The position numbers and the translations under genes were made by a program. A stretch of 64,000 nucleotides of DNA from Candidatus Pacearchaeota archaeon (GTDB lineage Archaea > Nanobdellota > Nanobdellia > Pacearchaeales > GW2011-AR1). The DNA is taken from assembly GCA_040879785.1 (NCBI GenBank), contig JBBDJR010000004.1, positions 14,778 to 78,777 on the forward strand, read 5' to 3'. Each line of letters opens with the position of its first letter. Position 1 is the stretch's first letter. The notes beneath the pieces were generated by a model. It ran no database searches, had not been told where the DNA came from, and saw only the letters and a list, made by a program, of their open reading frames with translations. This document shows positions 8,792 through 18,155 of the stretch, in pieces.

Positions 8792-9179
8792 TCTTGAAAA
8801 GTTTATTAACTATTTTTTTAATCTTCTCTTCATGGTTTATGTAAAAATTTCCGCTTTCCTTCCTTCCGTAATAAACCGTTCCGTGCCTGAATCTTCTCAT
8901 TCTATCAAGAATTTCCAAATCACTTTCGTTAAGCCCGTAATCTTTTGATAAGAATTTTATCAGAGATATATGACTAAGTGTTTTATATCCTCTGAGATAC
9001 ATTAATGCTGTCATAATCTGGATGGAAATCTCGTAATACTCTTCAAGAATTCTATAAGTAATGTCTCTTGGAATTGATTTTATTACCAATCTTAATCTTT
9101 CATCAGCCATTTCAAGTAAATCTCGGGCTCTTGCCAAGTCCTTGCTAATCTTAAACACATCTCTATTAGATTCTGCCAT
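8754..9179 (-). CDS. HEPN-domain protein (partner of the adjacent nucleotidyltransferase)
   Basis: 141 aa with an R-x5-H motif (DRMRRFRHGTVYY). Overlaps the MNT gene by 14 nt. Confidence 0.6.
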   Translation of the reverse strand: MAESNRDVFKISKDLARARDLLEMADERLRLVIKSIPRDITYRILEEYYEISIQIMTALMYLRGYKTLSHISLIKFLSKDYGLNESDLEILDRMRRFRHGTVYYGRKESGNFYINHEEKIKKIVNKLFKIAKKNLGAEDEK

Positions 9180-9678
9180 ATAAAATCCACCCTCTTTTTA
9201 GGTTGTCTCTGATATTTTTATCCGCCCTATTGACATCTTTTACAAAAGTAATATGGATGTTTCTGCTTAATCTTTTTTCGTATTTTCCAAGAGGAATCTC
9301 TTTTTTTATTTTACTAATTACTACTAAATCCACATCGCTTTCTTCAATATCTTCCCCTTTTTGATATGATCCAAAAAGAATAATCGCCTTAGGACCAATT
9401 TTTTCCGCAATCTCTTTTTTAAGAGTGATTAGCGAGTAAAGGTTGTAAACCTGTTTATATGAGATAAATTTCTCGTTTTCTCTGTTAGCCACAAATCCAT
9501 TGAAAGGCTTGGATTCTTTCTTCTCTATGAGATTCTCTTTTTCCATTGTTTTTATATGGTTTCTGACAGAGGTTTGGGCAAGGTCTATCTTTCTGCTTAT
9601 TTCCCTAATAAAATGAACTTTCGTAGGCTCTTTAAAAAAAACTTCAAGAACTCTTATATAGCTACAATTTTGTATCAT
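9166..9678 (-). CDS. Minimal nucleotidyltransferase (MNT) with N-terminal wHTH
   Basis: NTase motif ILFGSYQKGEDIEESDVDLVV (GS..x..D.D). The N-terminus looks HTH-like. Confidence 0.7.
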   Translation of the reverse strand: MIQNCSYIRVLEVFFKEPTKVHFIREISRKIDLAQTSVRNHIKTMEKENLIEKKESKPFNGFVANRENEKFISYKQVYNLYSLITLKKEIAEKIGPKAIILFGSYQKGEDIEESDVDLVVISKIKKEIPLGKYEKRLSRNIHITFVKDVNRADKNIRDNLKRGWILYGRI

Positions 9679-9719
9679 ATGATATATTAATGTTTATATA
9701 TGTATATAAATGTACCGAT

Positions 9720-10256
9720 TTACTCCTGCCTTTTTATTATAACCTCAGCCTCGCCAAATTCTTTAATCAACACCAACTCAAGAGTCCCTCCGTTGTTTTC
9801 AATACAAAACGGATTTTCTTGATTTGTTGTTTCTCCAATATCAATATTTCTAATCTCTACGGATTCAGTCTCGGCGGACCCGATAGGATAAAACACAAGA
9901 TTATCCTCGTCAAGAGCCCTGAATTTCAAATCTTCAAACAATCCGTCATCGCTTCCAGTTCCTTTATCTGCATCACTATCAATAAAACAAACCATTTCTA
10001 TTCTTGAAGGAAGATTATACTCTCTTTCCTGAGAGCCTCCCTGACTTTTCCACATCGTATCAACATCAGACCTAAAATCATCCACGAACACGCCGACTTC
10101 CGCAGTTCTCTGTATCCCTAAAAAAGTACTTATCGCATAAAACGCAAACACAAGAAAAATCACTATAAGTATCACCGAAAAAATCATCCCGAAAGATAAT
10201 TTAATCTGCCCTTTCTTTACCTCTTCACTCTTCTCAAACAACCCTCTTTTATCCAT
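9720..10256 (-). CDS. Prepilin-like protein (class III signal peptide)
   Basis: ...EEVKKGQ|IKLSFGMIFSVILIVIFLVFAFYAI. Confidence 0.55.
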   Translation of the reverse strand: MDKRGLFEKSEEVKKGQIKLSFGMIFSVILIVIFLVFAFYAISTFLGIQRTAEVGVFVDDFRSDVDTMWKSQGGSQEREYNLPSRIEMVCFIDSDADKGTGSDDGLFEDLKFRALDEDNLVFYPIGSAETESVEIRNIDIGETTNQENPFCIENNGGTLELVLIKEFGEAEVIIKRQE

Positions 10257-10512
10257 AAAAACAAAAGATAAAATAAGTTTATTAATTTAATGATATCGTC
10301 AAGGATTGATTATATTTAGAAAACGTAAGGTCTTAACAGCCTGTGAGTTGTGTAGTGGAGAAGGTGACTCTCTACTAATTGGTTTAGGAGAATATTTATC
10401 TACTAAATCAATCATTTTCCTAAACTTTTCTAAATATTCTTTTGCGTTTTTTTCAGCGTCGGGAATTATTTAATCTTGATTCTATTGTTTCTATGTATTA
10501 CTAATATATCCT

Positions 10513-12756
10513 CTAAGAAACATCATATGGTCTGACAGTAATACTACACTCGTCGGGTTTTGTTGGCCTGTTTCCGAACCCATCTGCACATTTTATGTAG
10601 AAGTTTCTGTTGGATTGCCAGTTTGTTGAGTGCTCTGTGTCTCCCTCGCTAGGATTCATCTTATCTCCTTTTTCAAAAGGATATCCACACCCAAGACTTA
10701 GATCGTTACTATAAACACACTCTGCCTCCTCATTAGTTATAATATTTAGATTTCCGCTACTCTGGAAGACTCTTACTACTCCCGGCGCTTGAATGTCCGT
10801 TTCCACTGTGAAGCTTATTTGGGTTGTGTCGGAGTTTCCTCCAGAGTCTGTACATCTTATATCGTAAGAGTAAGAGCCCGCGGAAAGATCAAGTCTCTGA
10901 CTATGTTCATGAGATCCTGTTTCTATAAAATTACTAAATCTATTTTCTCCTGCAGGACTGAAACTACATAGGGATTCTCCCCTATTGGCTCCTGCAGACG
11001 TTTTGACTTCAAGTTCTACTTTAATCACGTTAGTAGAATCTTTGATTGTTGTCGCATTAGGTCCTGCAGAGTCAAGTACTAATGGTTGAGTGCCGATTAT
11101 TCTTAAATGATATGGGATTTCGTTTGCATTTCTTTGATTCTCCTCTTCTGTTCCTTCAAGGTGTGGCTGATCTTTACAGCTTATATAAAAGTCGTTATTG
11201 TCTCTGTTTCTTAATCCTGTCAATTCAGTGTTACATCTGTATTCTCCAAGAGAAGTTGACTCAAGAGCACTCTCTGGACAGTCCATCTGGTTTTCTTCGG
11301 GCATATCCTCGTAGCTTTGTTCAAGTCTGCTCCACCTACACTCTGCAGGTTCATTTACAAATATTGAGGATCTGACAGACGATTGGTTAAATGCTATGTG
11401 ACTATTATCTGAAGGAAGGGTGTTAGTTATCACTGGTTCTTCAGTATCAGGCCCATCATCTACACAGAATCTAAACTGGAAATCTGCAGTATTTGAGTAT
11501 CCTTGGGGAGTTTGACATCTGACATAAAGAGAGATTTCTCCCCCATGCTGATAAGTTATGTTTTCTGCGGCAAGTGATTGATGGCTTGGAAGACTCATTC
11601 TGAATTGATGAGATTCATCAGACATTCCTCCACTCATAAATATATTTTGCATATCTTCAAACGTGCTTGCCCTTCCACTTACCGGAACAATTTTACATCT
11701 TGCATTTTTATCAAGCTCAACTCCAAACTCTAATGGAGTGAAAGGCGCTACACACCCACTATCTCCTTCATTTCTGACTATTTCAACACCTTTATGAGGT
11801 GGGTTAATTGCATCATCATCAGAGTAACTATAGCCTTCTGTCAAAACGTCATTCCAAGGCTCAATCACAGCAGGTTTTATATCATCTCTATCAACAAATT
11901 CACACTTTTTATTTTCTGTTCCTTCGTTGATTATTTCACAAGATTGTCCTAAACTCTTACACCTGTACTCTGTACAAGGAATCTCTTCATCATTACAAAG
12001 CTCACAATTTTCTCCTCCAAGTGGAGCGTCCCAAGGATAACACGAGAATGAAACAGAATCGTATCTTGCTTGCTTAAAAGACATGACTTTGTAGAGAATT
12101 CCAATTGTTGCCACTATTGGTCCCAGTGCTGGTACCGCTCCCCATAAAATAGTGCTTGTTAGAAAGTTTTCAACTCCTAAAAGACCGAGGGTTTTTGCAG
12201 TAGTTGCCCCAACTACATATCCCCAGAAAGCCCCTTTTCCTGCGGATTCAGAGAGTTCTGGACTTGCTCCTGCTATCTGGAAACCATATTGGGTTAGACC
12301 TTTAACCGCAAAAGCATAGGCTGCGTTAGCAGCCGCATATCCTAGCGTATTCCATAAAACTCCCCATCCTGCACCACTTCCTATTGAAGCTGTTGTAGGA
12401 TCAAGAACAGCTCCAATTCCTGAAGGGGAAGAGGTTTCTCCTCCTGTTGTAGCCTCAAGAGTCCCTTCTGCATCTCCTATATTAATTCGTTCAAGTATTT
12501 TATCGCTCGCTATATTTGCTCCTATAGGGACCCCTATATCTGTGATTGGATTTACACTTCTTCTGTTTATCTGGCCTGTTTCACCTTCTGCTGCCCCATT
12601 ATCAAAATCAGAATCTCCTTCTTGTGCACTCACAGAAGGCAAGCTGCTCCCTAAAAAATATGAGAAAGAAAATATAGCAACTACTAGAATAAATATTTGA
12701 GTTATTGCAACTATCCTCTGATTCTTTTCCGATTTCTCTTTTTTTGGTTTAATCAT
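10513..12756 (-). CDS. Large Cys-rich secreted/membrane protein
   Basis: 747 aa. Signal/TM at the N-terminus (IVAITQIFILVVAIFSFSYFLG). A ~100-aa Gly/Ala-rich hydrophobic segment (GAGWGVLWNTLGYAAANAAYAFAV...GAVPALGPIVATIGILY). More than 30 Cys in the rest. Confidence 0.6.
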   Translation of the reverse strand: MIKPKKEKSEKNQRIVAITQIFILVVAIFSFSYFLGSSLPSVSAQEGDSDFDNGAAEGETGQINRRSVNPITDIGVPIGANIASDKILERINIGDAEGTLEATTGGETSSPSGIGAVLDPTTASIGSGAGWGVLWNTLGYAAANAAYAFAVKGLTQYGFQIAGASPELSESAGKGAFWGYVVGATTAKTLGLLGVENFLTSTILWGAVPALGPIVATIGILYKVMSFKQARYDSVSFSCYPWDAPLGGENCELCNDEEIPCTEYRCKSLGQSCEIINEGTENKKCEFVDRDDIKPAVIEPWNDVLTEGYSYSDDDAINPPHKGVEIVRNEGDSGCVAPFTPLEFGVELDKNARCKIVPVSGRASTFEDMQNIFMSGGMSDESHQFRMSLPSHQSLAAENITYQHGGEISLYVRCQTPQGYSNTADFQFRFCVDDGPDTEEPVITNTLPSDNSHIAFNQSSVRSSIFVNEPAECRWSRLEQSYEDMPEENQMDCPESALESTSLGEYRCNTELTGLRNRDNNDFYISCKDQPHLEGTEEENQRNANEIPYHLRIIGTQPLVLDSAGPNATTIKDSTNVIKVELEVKTSAGANRGESLCSFSPAGENRFSNFIETGSHEHSQRLDLSAGSYSYDIRCTDSGGNSDTTQISFTVETDIQAPGVVRVFQSSGNLNIITNEEAECVYSNDLSLGCGYPFEKGDKMNPSEGDTEHSTNWQSNRNFYIKCADGFGNRPTKPDECSITVRPYDVS

Positions 12757-12765
12757 TTTATTCTA

Positions 12766-14517
12766 TCATTCTATATTTCTATCTAATTCAACTAATTCTT
12801 CTTTTTCCCAGTATCCTTCAACTCCAAGGTAATTCTTACCACTTCCACAATCTCCAAGCGCCATACACATATTACTTCTATCTTCGAACCATTCACTATC
12901 CAGTATGCTTGAAAAGGTGCTATCCACACCCTCTCTTCTATTGTCTTCTGAAAGACCTACGCAGTGGCAGTTTTCCACACATTTCCAATCGCTAGGCTTT
13001 ACTATGCTCTTATATATTGTTCTCTCGAATTTTACAACACAATTTTCATTTGCTACCATACATGCTTCTTGGGAACTTCCTTCAGAATTCCAAAAATCAA
13101 GTCCAGGAGGATACCTTGGGACGCATGACGCTCCTTCTTCACTATCTGACTCACTTCTTGGAACTAACGCCCCCTCTTCATTAATTACCATAAGATTTCC
13201 TTCATCTTCATCCCTTAATATACTCTGACCTTCTTTCCACATACAATCTCTTTGCTGAATATCTTCACATTCTTGTTGGTTGTCTATTGTCCAACAATCC
13301 TGCCATTTGTTAGCTCTAAATTCTGCAATCCTGAATGGGCCCCCTTCTGTCTGAATTTCATCTTCAATGCAAACAGTTTGTCTTGGATCTCCTGCCTCCT
13401 CAATAAGGATTTCTCCGGACGAACAGTGGAGCCTGTAATGCTCACTTCCTGGAGAATTTTCTTCTACCCTCTCTTCAGTAGTTGTTGAACACCATCTCTC
13501 TCCGTCAAAGTACCTTTCTCCGTTGAAATTACAACTTAAATCGCTACATACAAAATTACCGTAATCAGGACTGACAGATGTCTGCTCATTTCCTCTTTCA
13601 TATCTCCTTCCAATACTCCCCGCAAGATCGTCGCAATTCCCGCACTGACCTGCATTTGAAAAATCAGAATTAAGTGAGCAGCTCTCTCGAGGTTCAATTA
13701 CATTAGTCCAGTAATCTTGATCTGTTGGATTTATTTTTGAAGCATCATAAACATTTGCTATATTTCCACAAGTGTCAGTAAAGAAAACTTCTGGCCTACC
13801 TTCTACGAGAGTTGTTTCCCTACTCGGTCCGCAAACAGTTCCAAGAGCTTCTGCAGAACACAAAAATCCCTCATGGAATTCAACGTCAGTTTCATCTCCT
13901 GAGTTTGCCTCCTCTGTTTGACATTCTTCTCTTGTCAGCATTCTACAGTCTCTAGAGAACTCATCATCAAAAACACAAGCGCCTTTCTCTTGAGGAGATG
14001 CCATTCCTACACATTGGATAGGGTCCTGTATATCTCCTCTAAAAGTTGTCTCAGCTCCATATAATGATGAAATACTAGTACATCTTGTCTGGGTTACAAA
14101 GGATGCTCCATCACCTGCAAGACAACAACCTAACTGGCATTGTGGTGTAATTTCACTTCTTTCTCTTTCATCCCATGAGCCCCCACTATCTTCACAAACT
14201 CTTCTTGGAACATTTTGACTACATAACCCTTCTGCACTATCTACACATGTTCCAAGTTGACAATATGCTGCAGAATCACATGAGGTCTCCAAATATTCAT
14301 AGTCTGTGTCAACTTCATCAAGAGGAACATTTTGACACCATGCTCCGCTTGTTGTCCTCTCAGCACAGTATGAAACTTCTTGTGCGGAGACATTCATCGA
14401 AAATGAAAAAATAATTGTTAAGAAAAGTATAGATGATACTAACAGAATAAATTTTCTCTTTTTATATTTAGATTCTCTTTCCATTTTATTCGGATCCTGC
14501 AGAAGGTCCGTAACCAT
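12766..14517 (-). CDS. Cys-rich secreted protein
   Basis: 583 aa. Signal peptide FILLVSSILFLTIIFSFSMNVSAQ, about 45 Cys, acidic. Confidence 0.6.
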   Translation of the reverse strand: MVTDLLQDPNKMERESKYKKRKFILLVSSILFLTIIFSFSMNVSAQEVSYCAERTTSGAWCQNVPLDEVDTDYEYLETSCDSAAYCQLGTCVDSAEGLCSQNVPRRVCEDSGGSWDERERSEITPQCQLGCCLAGDGASFVTQTRCTSISSLYGAETTFRGDIQDPIQCVGMASPQEKGACVFDDEFSRDCRMLTREECQTEEANSGDETDVEFHEGFLCSAEALGTVCGPSRETTLVEGRPEVFFTDTCGNIANVYDASKINPTDQDYWTNVIEPRESCSLNSDFSNAGQCGNCDDLAGSIGRRYERGNEQTSVSPDYGNFVCSDLSCNFNGERYFDGERWCSTTTEERVEENSPGSEHYRLHCSSGEILIEEAGDPRQTVCIEDEIQTEGGPFRIAEFRANKWQDCWTIDNQQECEDIQQRDCMWKEGQSILRDEDEGNLMVINEEGALVPRSESDSEEGASCVPRYPPGLDFWNSEGSSQEACMVANENCVVKFERTIYKSIVKPSDWKCVENCHCVGLSEDNRREGVDSTFSSILDSEWFEDRSNMCMALGDCGSGKNYLGVEGYWEKEELVELDRNIE

Positions 14518-15301
14518 AAGGCTTTACAACACTTCTAGTTGCGAATTGAAATTTATCTTCTGTATTTGTATTAGTTATTATGTAAACTGCTGTTCCATAC
14601 TCTGGACTTCTTTTTTCAAACTGTAGATGTCTATAAAGAGCATCATAAAACAAATTCTCTTCTCTCCCCGATTTTTCTTCTTCAATCATGCTGTGAGTAA
14701 TCATAACTAGTTCATAAAGATTATTGTTTAAAACTACATTAAAATCCTCAAATCTTTCAGTATCTGTTCTTGAAACAGTGAGAACGTGGCTCATATTAAC
14801 AATAATCCTATTAGGAAGCAGATTAACACTTGTTGCTCCTTGATCAGGGTCTGTTTCATAGTTTCTTTCATCATAGCTTGCAACAAGAGAATTAAAACAA
14901 TCTTCAACATATCCTTTTCCTACTAACTCTTTCTCAATTTCAGATTCAATGTGCCGTTTCAGTAAAGGTTGCTGTTCTGTGCATCCTGTGAGATCTTCAT
15001 TAGTATAACATAAATATGCAATGTCTACTCCATTAAAAGTTATATTAAGATATCCAGGCTCAATACTCCCACCCTGCAACGAGACCTTTTCTACAATATC
15101 TTTTAAGTCATCTTCTAAACATGTTTGCATAAATGCCTGAGGATTCGTTTCGTCGAAATCAGGAGTGTCTGTCCTCAATTCCGGAGATAAGAAAAAGAAC
15201 AACGCTGCCGCGCCGACAACTAAAAGTGCAATGATTATAAACAAAGTCACCTGACCCTTTTTATCATTAAGATAACCAAATAATTCTCCCCTTTTATTCA
15301 T
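14486..15301 (-). CDS. Prepilin-like protein (class III signal peptide)
   Basis: MNKRGELFGYLNDKKGQ|VTLFIIIALLVVGAAALFFFL. Overlaps the downstream gene by 32 nt. Confidence 0.55.
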   Translation of the reverse strand: MNKRGELFGYLNDKKGQVTLFIIIALLVVGAAALFFFLSPELRTDTPDFDETNPQAFMQTCLEDDLKDIVEKVSLQGGSIEPGYLNITFNGVDIAYLCYTNEDLTGCTEQQPLLKRHIESEIEKELVGKGYVEDCFNSLVASYDERNYETDPDQGATSVNLLPNRIIVNMSHVLTVSRTDTERFEDFNVVLNNNLYELVMITHSMIEEEKSGREENLFYDALYRHLQFEKRSPEYGTAVYIITNTNTEDKFQFATRSVVKPYGYGPSAGSE

Positions 15302-15335
15302 GGATTTTATAAGGAAATTTTATTTATAAATCTTG

Positions 15336-17147
15336 TTAGGATTTAGAGGTTTTAGAAGATTTATTTTTTTTCTTTTGATTCTTATTATTTGAGTCATTCA
15401 CTACTAAAATCGTTAACAAAACTATTAAGAGAACGAACGTGGCAGTTATTGCACCGCCATTAGTTTTAATCAACGTCCCCACCACAGCACCGGTTATTCT
15501 ATCGAGAAAACTGTTCTCTACTTCTTCAACGACCTCTTCTTCAACCTGTTTTTCAACAACACAATCTTGAACTTCGTCAGGTTTTTCTTCTCTCGGCTCA
15601 CACCATCCCTCGGGATAAGAGCAGGTTCTTGTTTGTTTTCCGTTTTTATTGCAGACGCTCCACTCGTCACATTCCCACTCAGTCACACAAAATCCCCCTC
15701 CTCCGCCAGAACTTGAAGAAGTTGTCTGGCTACTCTGGGAAGATTCTTTTTCAAAAACAGAAAAGATTGTAAAGTGATTCACCGTTACGGAAATTGTTTT
15801 CTCTGTCTTGTTTATCGTCGGATTAGGAACCAATTGCCAGGAATCGTCTGTCTCATTAAAGAAATAAACATCCAATTCGTCCTCGTCGGAAACGCCTGAA
15901 CTGTCATAATCAAAGGTCAGTGTAACATTAAAGTCTTCGTTTTTAAGCTCATCAGACGTTATGTTAAAGAATTTGCTCGCACTCTCAAAACCCGAAGTGC
16001 TGAAGTTTGTTTCGTTGTTTTCTGTTATGTTTAATGTGAAAAACTTGGCTGGGTTGTTTATGAACTCAAGGGAAATTTCATCAGGAGTGATTATTAACGG
16101 TTTGATAAATTCAATAACAAACCAAGAGCTGTTAACTATGTTATTTGAAATTCCTTTTTGTAATTGAAGATTTGTTTCGTTTGTTAATGTGCTTGTTAAA
16201 AAAGATTGACCATAAAAGGTATTCCGTGTACTAAAACTATTTGATTGTAAAGTGGAAGATTTTGATAAATTAATTTCACTTATTTCTATGTTTTGTGGAG
16301 AATCTCCCGTAAATGAATGGATCCCCTTCTGAACACTTATATCTGGATGACTTATTACAAACCAGCTCAACGTTGTTATTCCCTCATCTAATTCCCTTTG
16401 TAATCCTATATTTGTTTCATTAATAAAATAAGATCTTATTAAAGTATTTCTAGCAGCCGTTACAGTAGACCTCTTCATTGCATAAATAAAACTCTTATCT
16501 AAGTCAACTTCGTTGATGCCTAGTGTGGCATTTGAAGAACCAGAATGTAAGGGGGTGAACCCTCTTTGGATATTTGCTCCCTCCCAATAAACAACTTGCC
16601 AAGAGACAGTTGAAACATTTCCTACTACATCTCTTGTTAAATTAAATCCTGTTTCATTAATAAATTCTGTAGTCCAAAAACCGCGCACATTTTGATTGTT
16701 TTCCGTTGCATTCAATCTGTTTGAAATTAAGATAAAACTTTTATTTAGATTTATTTCATTGATATCAATATGTATAGAATTTGTCGACGAAGAGGAAGTT
16801 TCTATTTGTCCTCTCTGGACGTTAAAGTCAGAATTTTCAATAACTTCCCAAGAGACTACTGTTTCCTCAGAACCAAACTTTTCAAATTGCAATAAAGTTT
16901 CATTTACTAATGTTCCAGTTATCTGGAGATCTCCTGGAGAGGATCTTGACGACTTTGTTGATAATAAAACAATTGATTTTGAAGGATTAACTTCATTTAT
17001 TGTCACGTTCAAGATAGGAGAATCCATTACTTCAACTCCCCTTTGAACATCATTAGCACTAACAAAACCAGCATTCGCTAATAATACAAAAAATATAAAC
17101 GTTAAGATTAAGACTCCAAACATAGAGCCTTTCTTATTAAACCTCAT
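15336..17147 (-). CDS. Repeat-containing surface protein with C-terminal TM anchor and basic tail
   Basis: 603 aa. Signal peptide. Four repeats of ~100 aa (V.SW.V....NIQRG / SWFVI). Cys knot, then the TM helix ATFVLLIVLLTILVV and a K-rich tail. Confidence 0.6.
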   Translation of the reverse strand: MRFNKKGSMFGVLILTFIFFVLLANAGFVSANDVQRGVEVMDSPILNVTINEVNPSKSIVLLSTKSSRSSPGDLQITGTLVNETLLQFEKFGSEETVVSWEVIENSDFNVQRGQIETSSSSTNSIHIDINEINLNKSFILISNRLNATENNQNVRGFWTTEFINETGFNLTRDVVGNVSTVSWQVVYWEGANIQRGFTPLHSGSSNATLGINEVDLDKSFIYAMKRSTVTAARNTLIRSYFINETNIGLQRELDEGITTLSWFVISHPDISVQKGIHSFTGDSPQNIEISEINLSKSSTLQSNSFSTRNTFYGQSFLTSTLTNETNLQLQKGISNNIVNSSWFVIEFIKPLIITPDEISLEFINNPAKFFTLNITENNETNFSTSGFESASKFFNITSDELKNEDFNVTLTFDYDSSGVSDEDELDVYFFNETDDSWQLVPNPTINKTEKTISVTVNHFTIFSVFEKESSQSSQTTSSSSGGGGGFCVTEWECDEWSVCNKNGKQTRTCSYPEGWCEPREEKPDEVQDCVVEKQVEEEVVEEVENSFLDRITGAVVGTLIKTNGGAITATFVLLIVLLTILVVNDSNNKNQKKKNKSSKTSKS

Positions 17148-17315
17148 TTTTAATAAAACGACATAAGAAAGAGCATCTTAAAAAGTTTTTTAATTTCCTC
17201 TAGAAAATATTTTCTATCTTTATTAGGTAGATAAATCCTCCTCCTTAATCCTCTGCTCAAATCAGCACCTCTTATTCTTTTGACATCATAGTAAAGCGCT
17301 AATCCTCGGTCTCAA

Positions 17316-17338
17316 ACTTGACCACGCCTGGGCGAGTT
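17316..17338. repeat. 24-nt element AACTTGACCACGCCTGGGCGAGTT, copy 1 (identical copy at 53166-53189)
   Basis: Exact match seen in the sequence. Both copies lie just 3' of minus-strand transcription units (PCNA stop; 23S trailer). Confidence 0.6.
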
Positions 17339-18063
17339 CAATCTTCTGTTTCAACTCTCGGAGCAAGAATAAATGAGAGCTCCATGAAATTGTTTTTGAC
17401 ATCCATTCTCAAAGGATGATCATTCGCAAATTTAAGAACTACCTTATCGTTAAGTTTCGCTCCTTTTATGAATTTCTGAAGATATTCAAGACTATAACGT
17501 GACTTGCAATCTTCCGCAGAAATCCTAGCCTCGTCACTTGAAAACTCCGACATTGCAGAATTAAGTCCTTTAGCTTCAACAGTGAATTTCCCATTTTTTA
17601 TTGTAAATGAGCAGGCGTCAGCGACAACGAGGCAGTCCTCAACGGAATCAGAGAAATCCTGAGAACTTAACTCAACTTCTGCCGCGAACTCAAGTTTTGG
17701 CATTTCCTTTTCCTCAGAATCTATCTCGATAAGACTTAAATTAAAATTCCTTTTTATTCTGTCTTGTATGCTAATATTAAGAAGGTTCTCTTTTTTCTCA
17801 ATAAGAAGTGTGCTCGTCGAACCGCACCTCTTTAAAATTCTCTTTAGATTATCCAGATTTATTCCAAGAACTTCCTTGTCTGCCTCAAACATAGAAAAAG
17901 AACTTTTAGGAATGATAAAATTAACCATCGCAACGTTCGCAGGGTCCATCGCAGTTATACCGAGACCGGATTCATCCACTTTTATTCTTACTTCTGTAAC
18001 CAGCTCGGAAATAAGATCAATTGCTTTTGCCAGAGGACCCGGGTTTTCTAATTTGATTAGCAT
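17338..18063 (-). CDS. pcn: DNA polymerase sliding clamp PCNA
   Basis: 241 aa. Archaeal PCNA pattern throughout (MLIKLENPGPLAKAIDLISELVTEVRIKVDESGLGITAMDPANVAMV..). Confidence 0.8.
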   Translation of the reverse strand: MLIKLENPGPLAKAIDLISELVTEVRIKVDESGLGITAMDPANVAMVNFIIPKSSFSMFEADKEVLGINLDNLKRILKRCGSTSTLLIEKKENLLNISIQDRIKRNFNLSLIEIDSEEKEMPKLEFAAEVELSSQDFSDSVEDCLVVADACSFTIKNGKFTVEAKGLNSAMSEFSSDEARISAEDCKSRYSLEYLQKFIKGAKLNDKVVLKFANDHPLRMDVKNNFMELSFILAPRVETED

Positions 18064-18155
18064 TTTAGGAAAAAAGATGCATTGCTTTTAAGCATTGCTA
18101 TCCTACAATAAACAATATGGATTAATTATATAAATCTTTCACACCCCTTAAAGTC

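Noticed and set aside
10257-10512. Possible gene remnant on the minus strand (…DAEKNAKEYLEKFRKMIDLVDKYSPKP…)
   Set aside because: Under 50 codons, no start, no recognisable family. Cannot be distinguished from chance.
18091-18155. Possible palindromic operator (GCATTGCTTTTAAGCATTGC) in the PCNA/priS divergent promoter
   Set aside because: The two GCATTGC units are direct rather than inverted, and the unit is too short to call. Left as an unannotated note.
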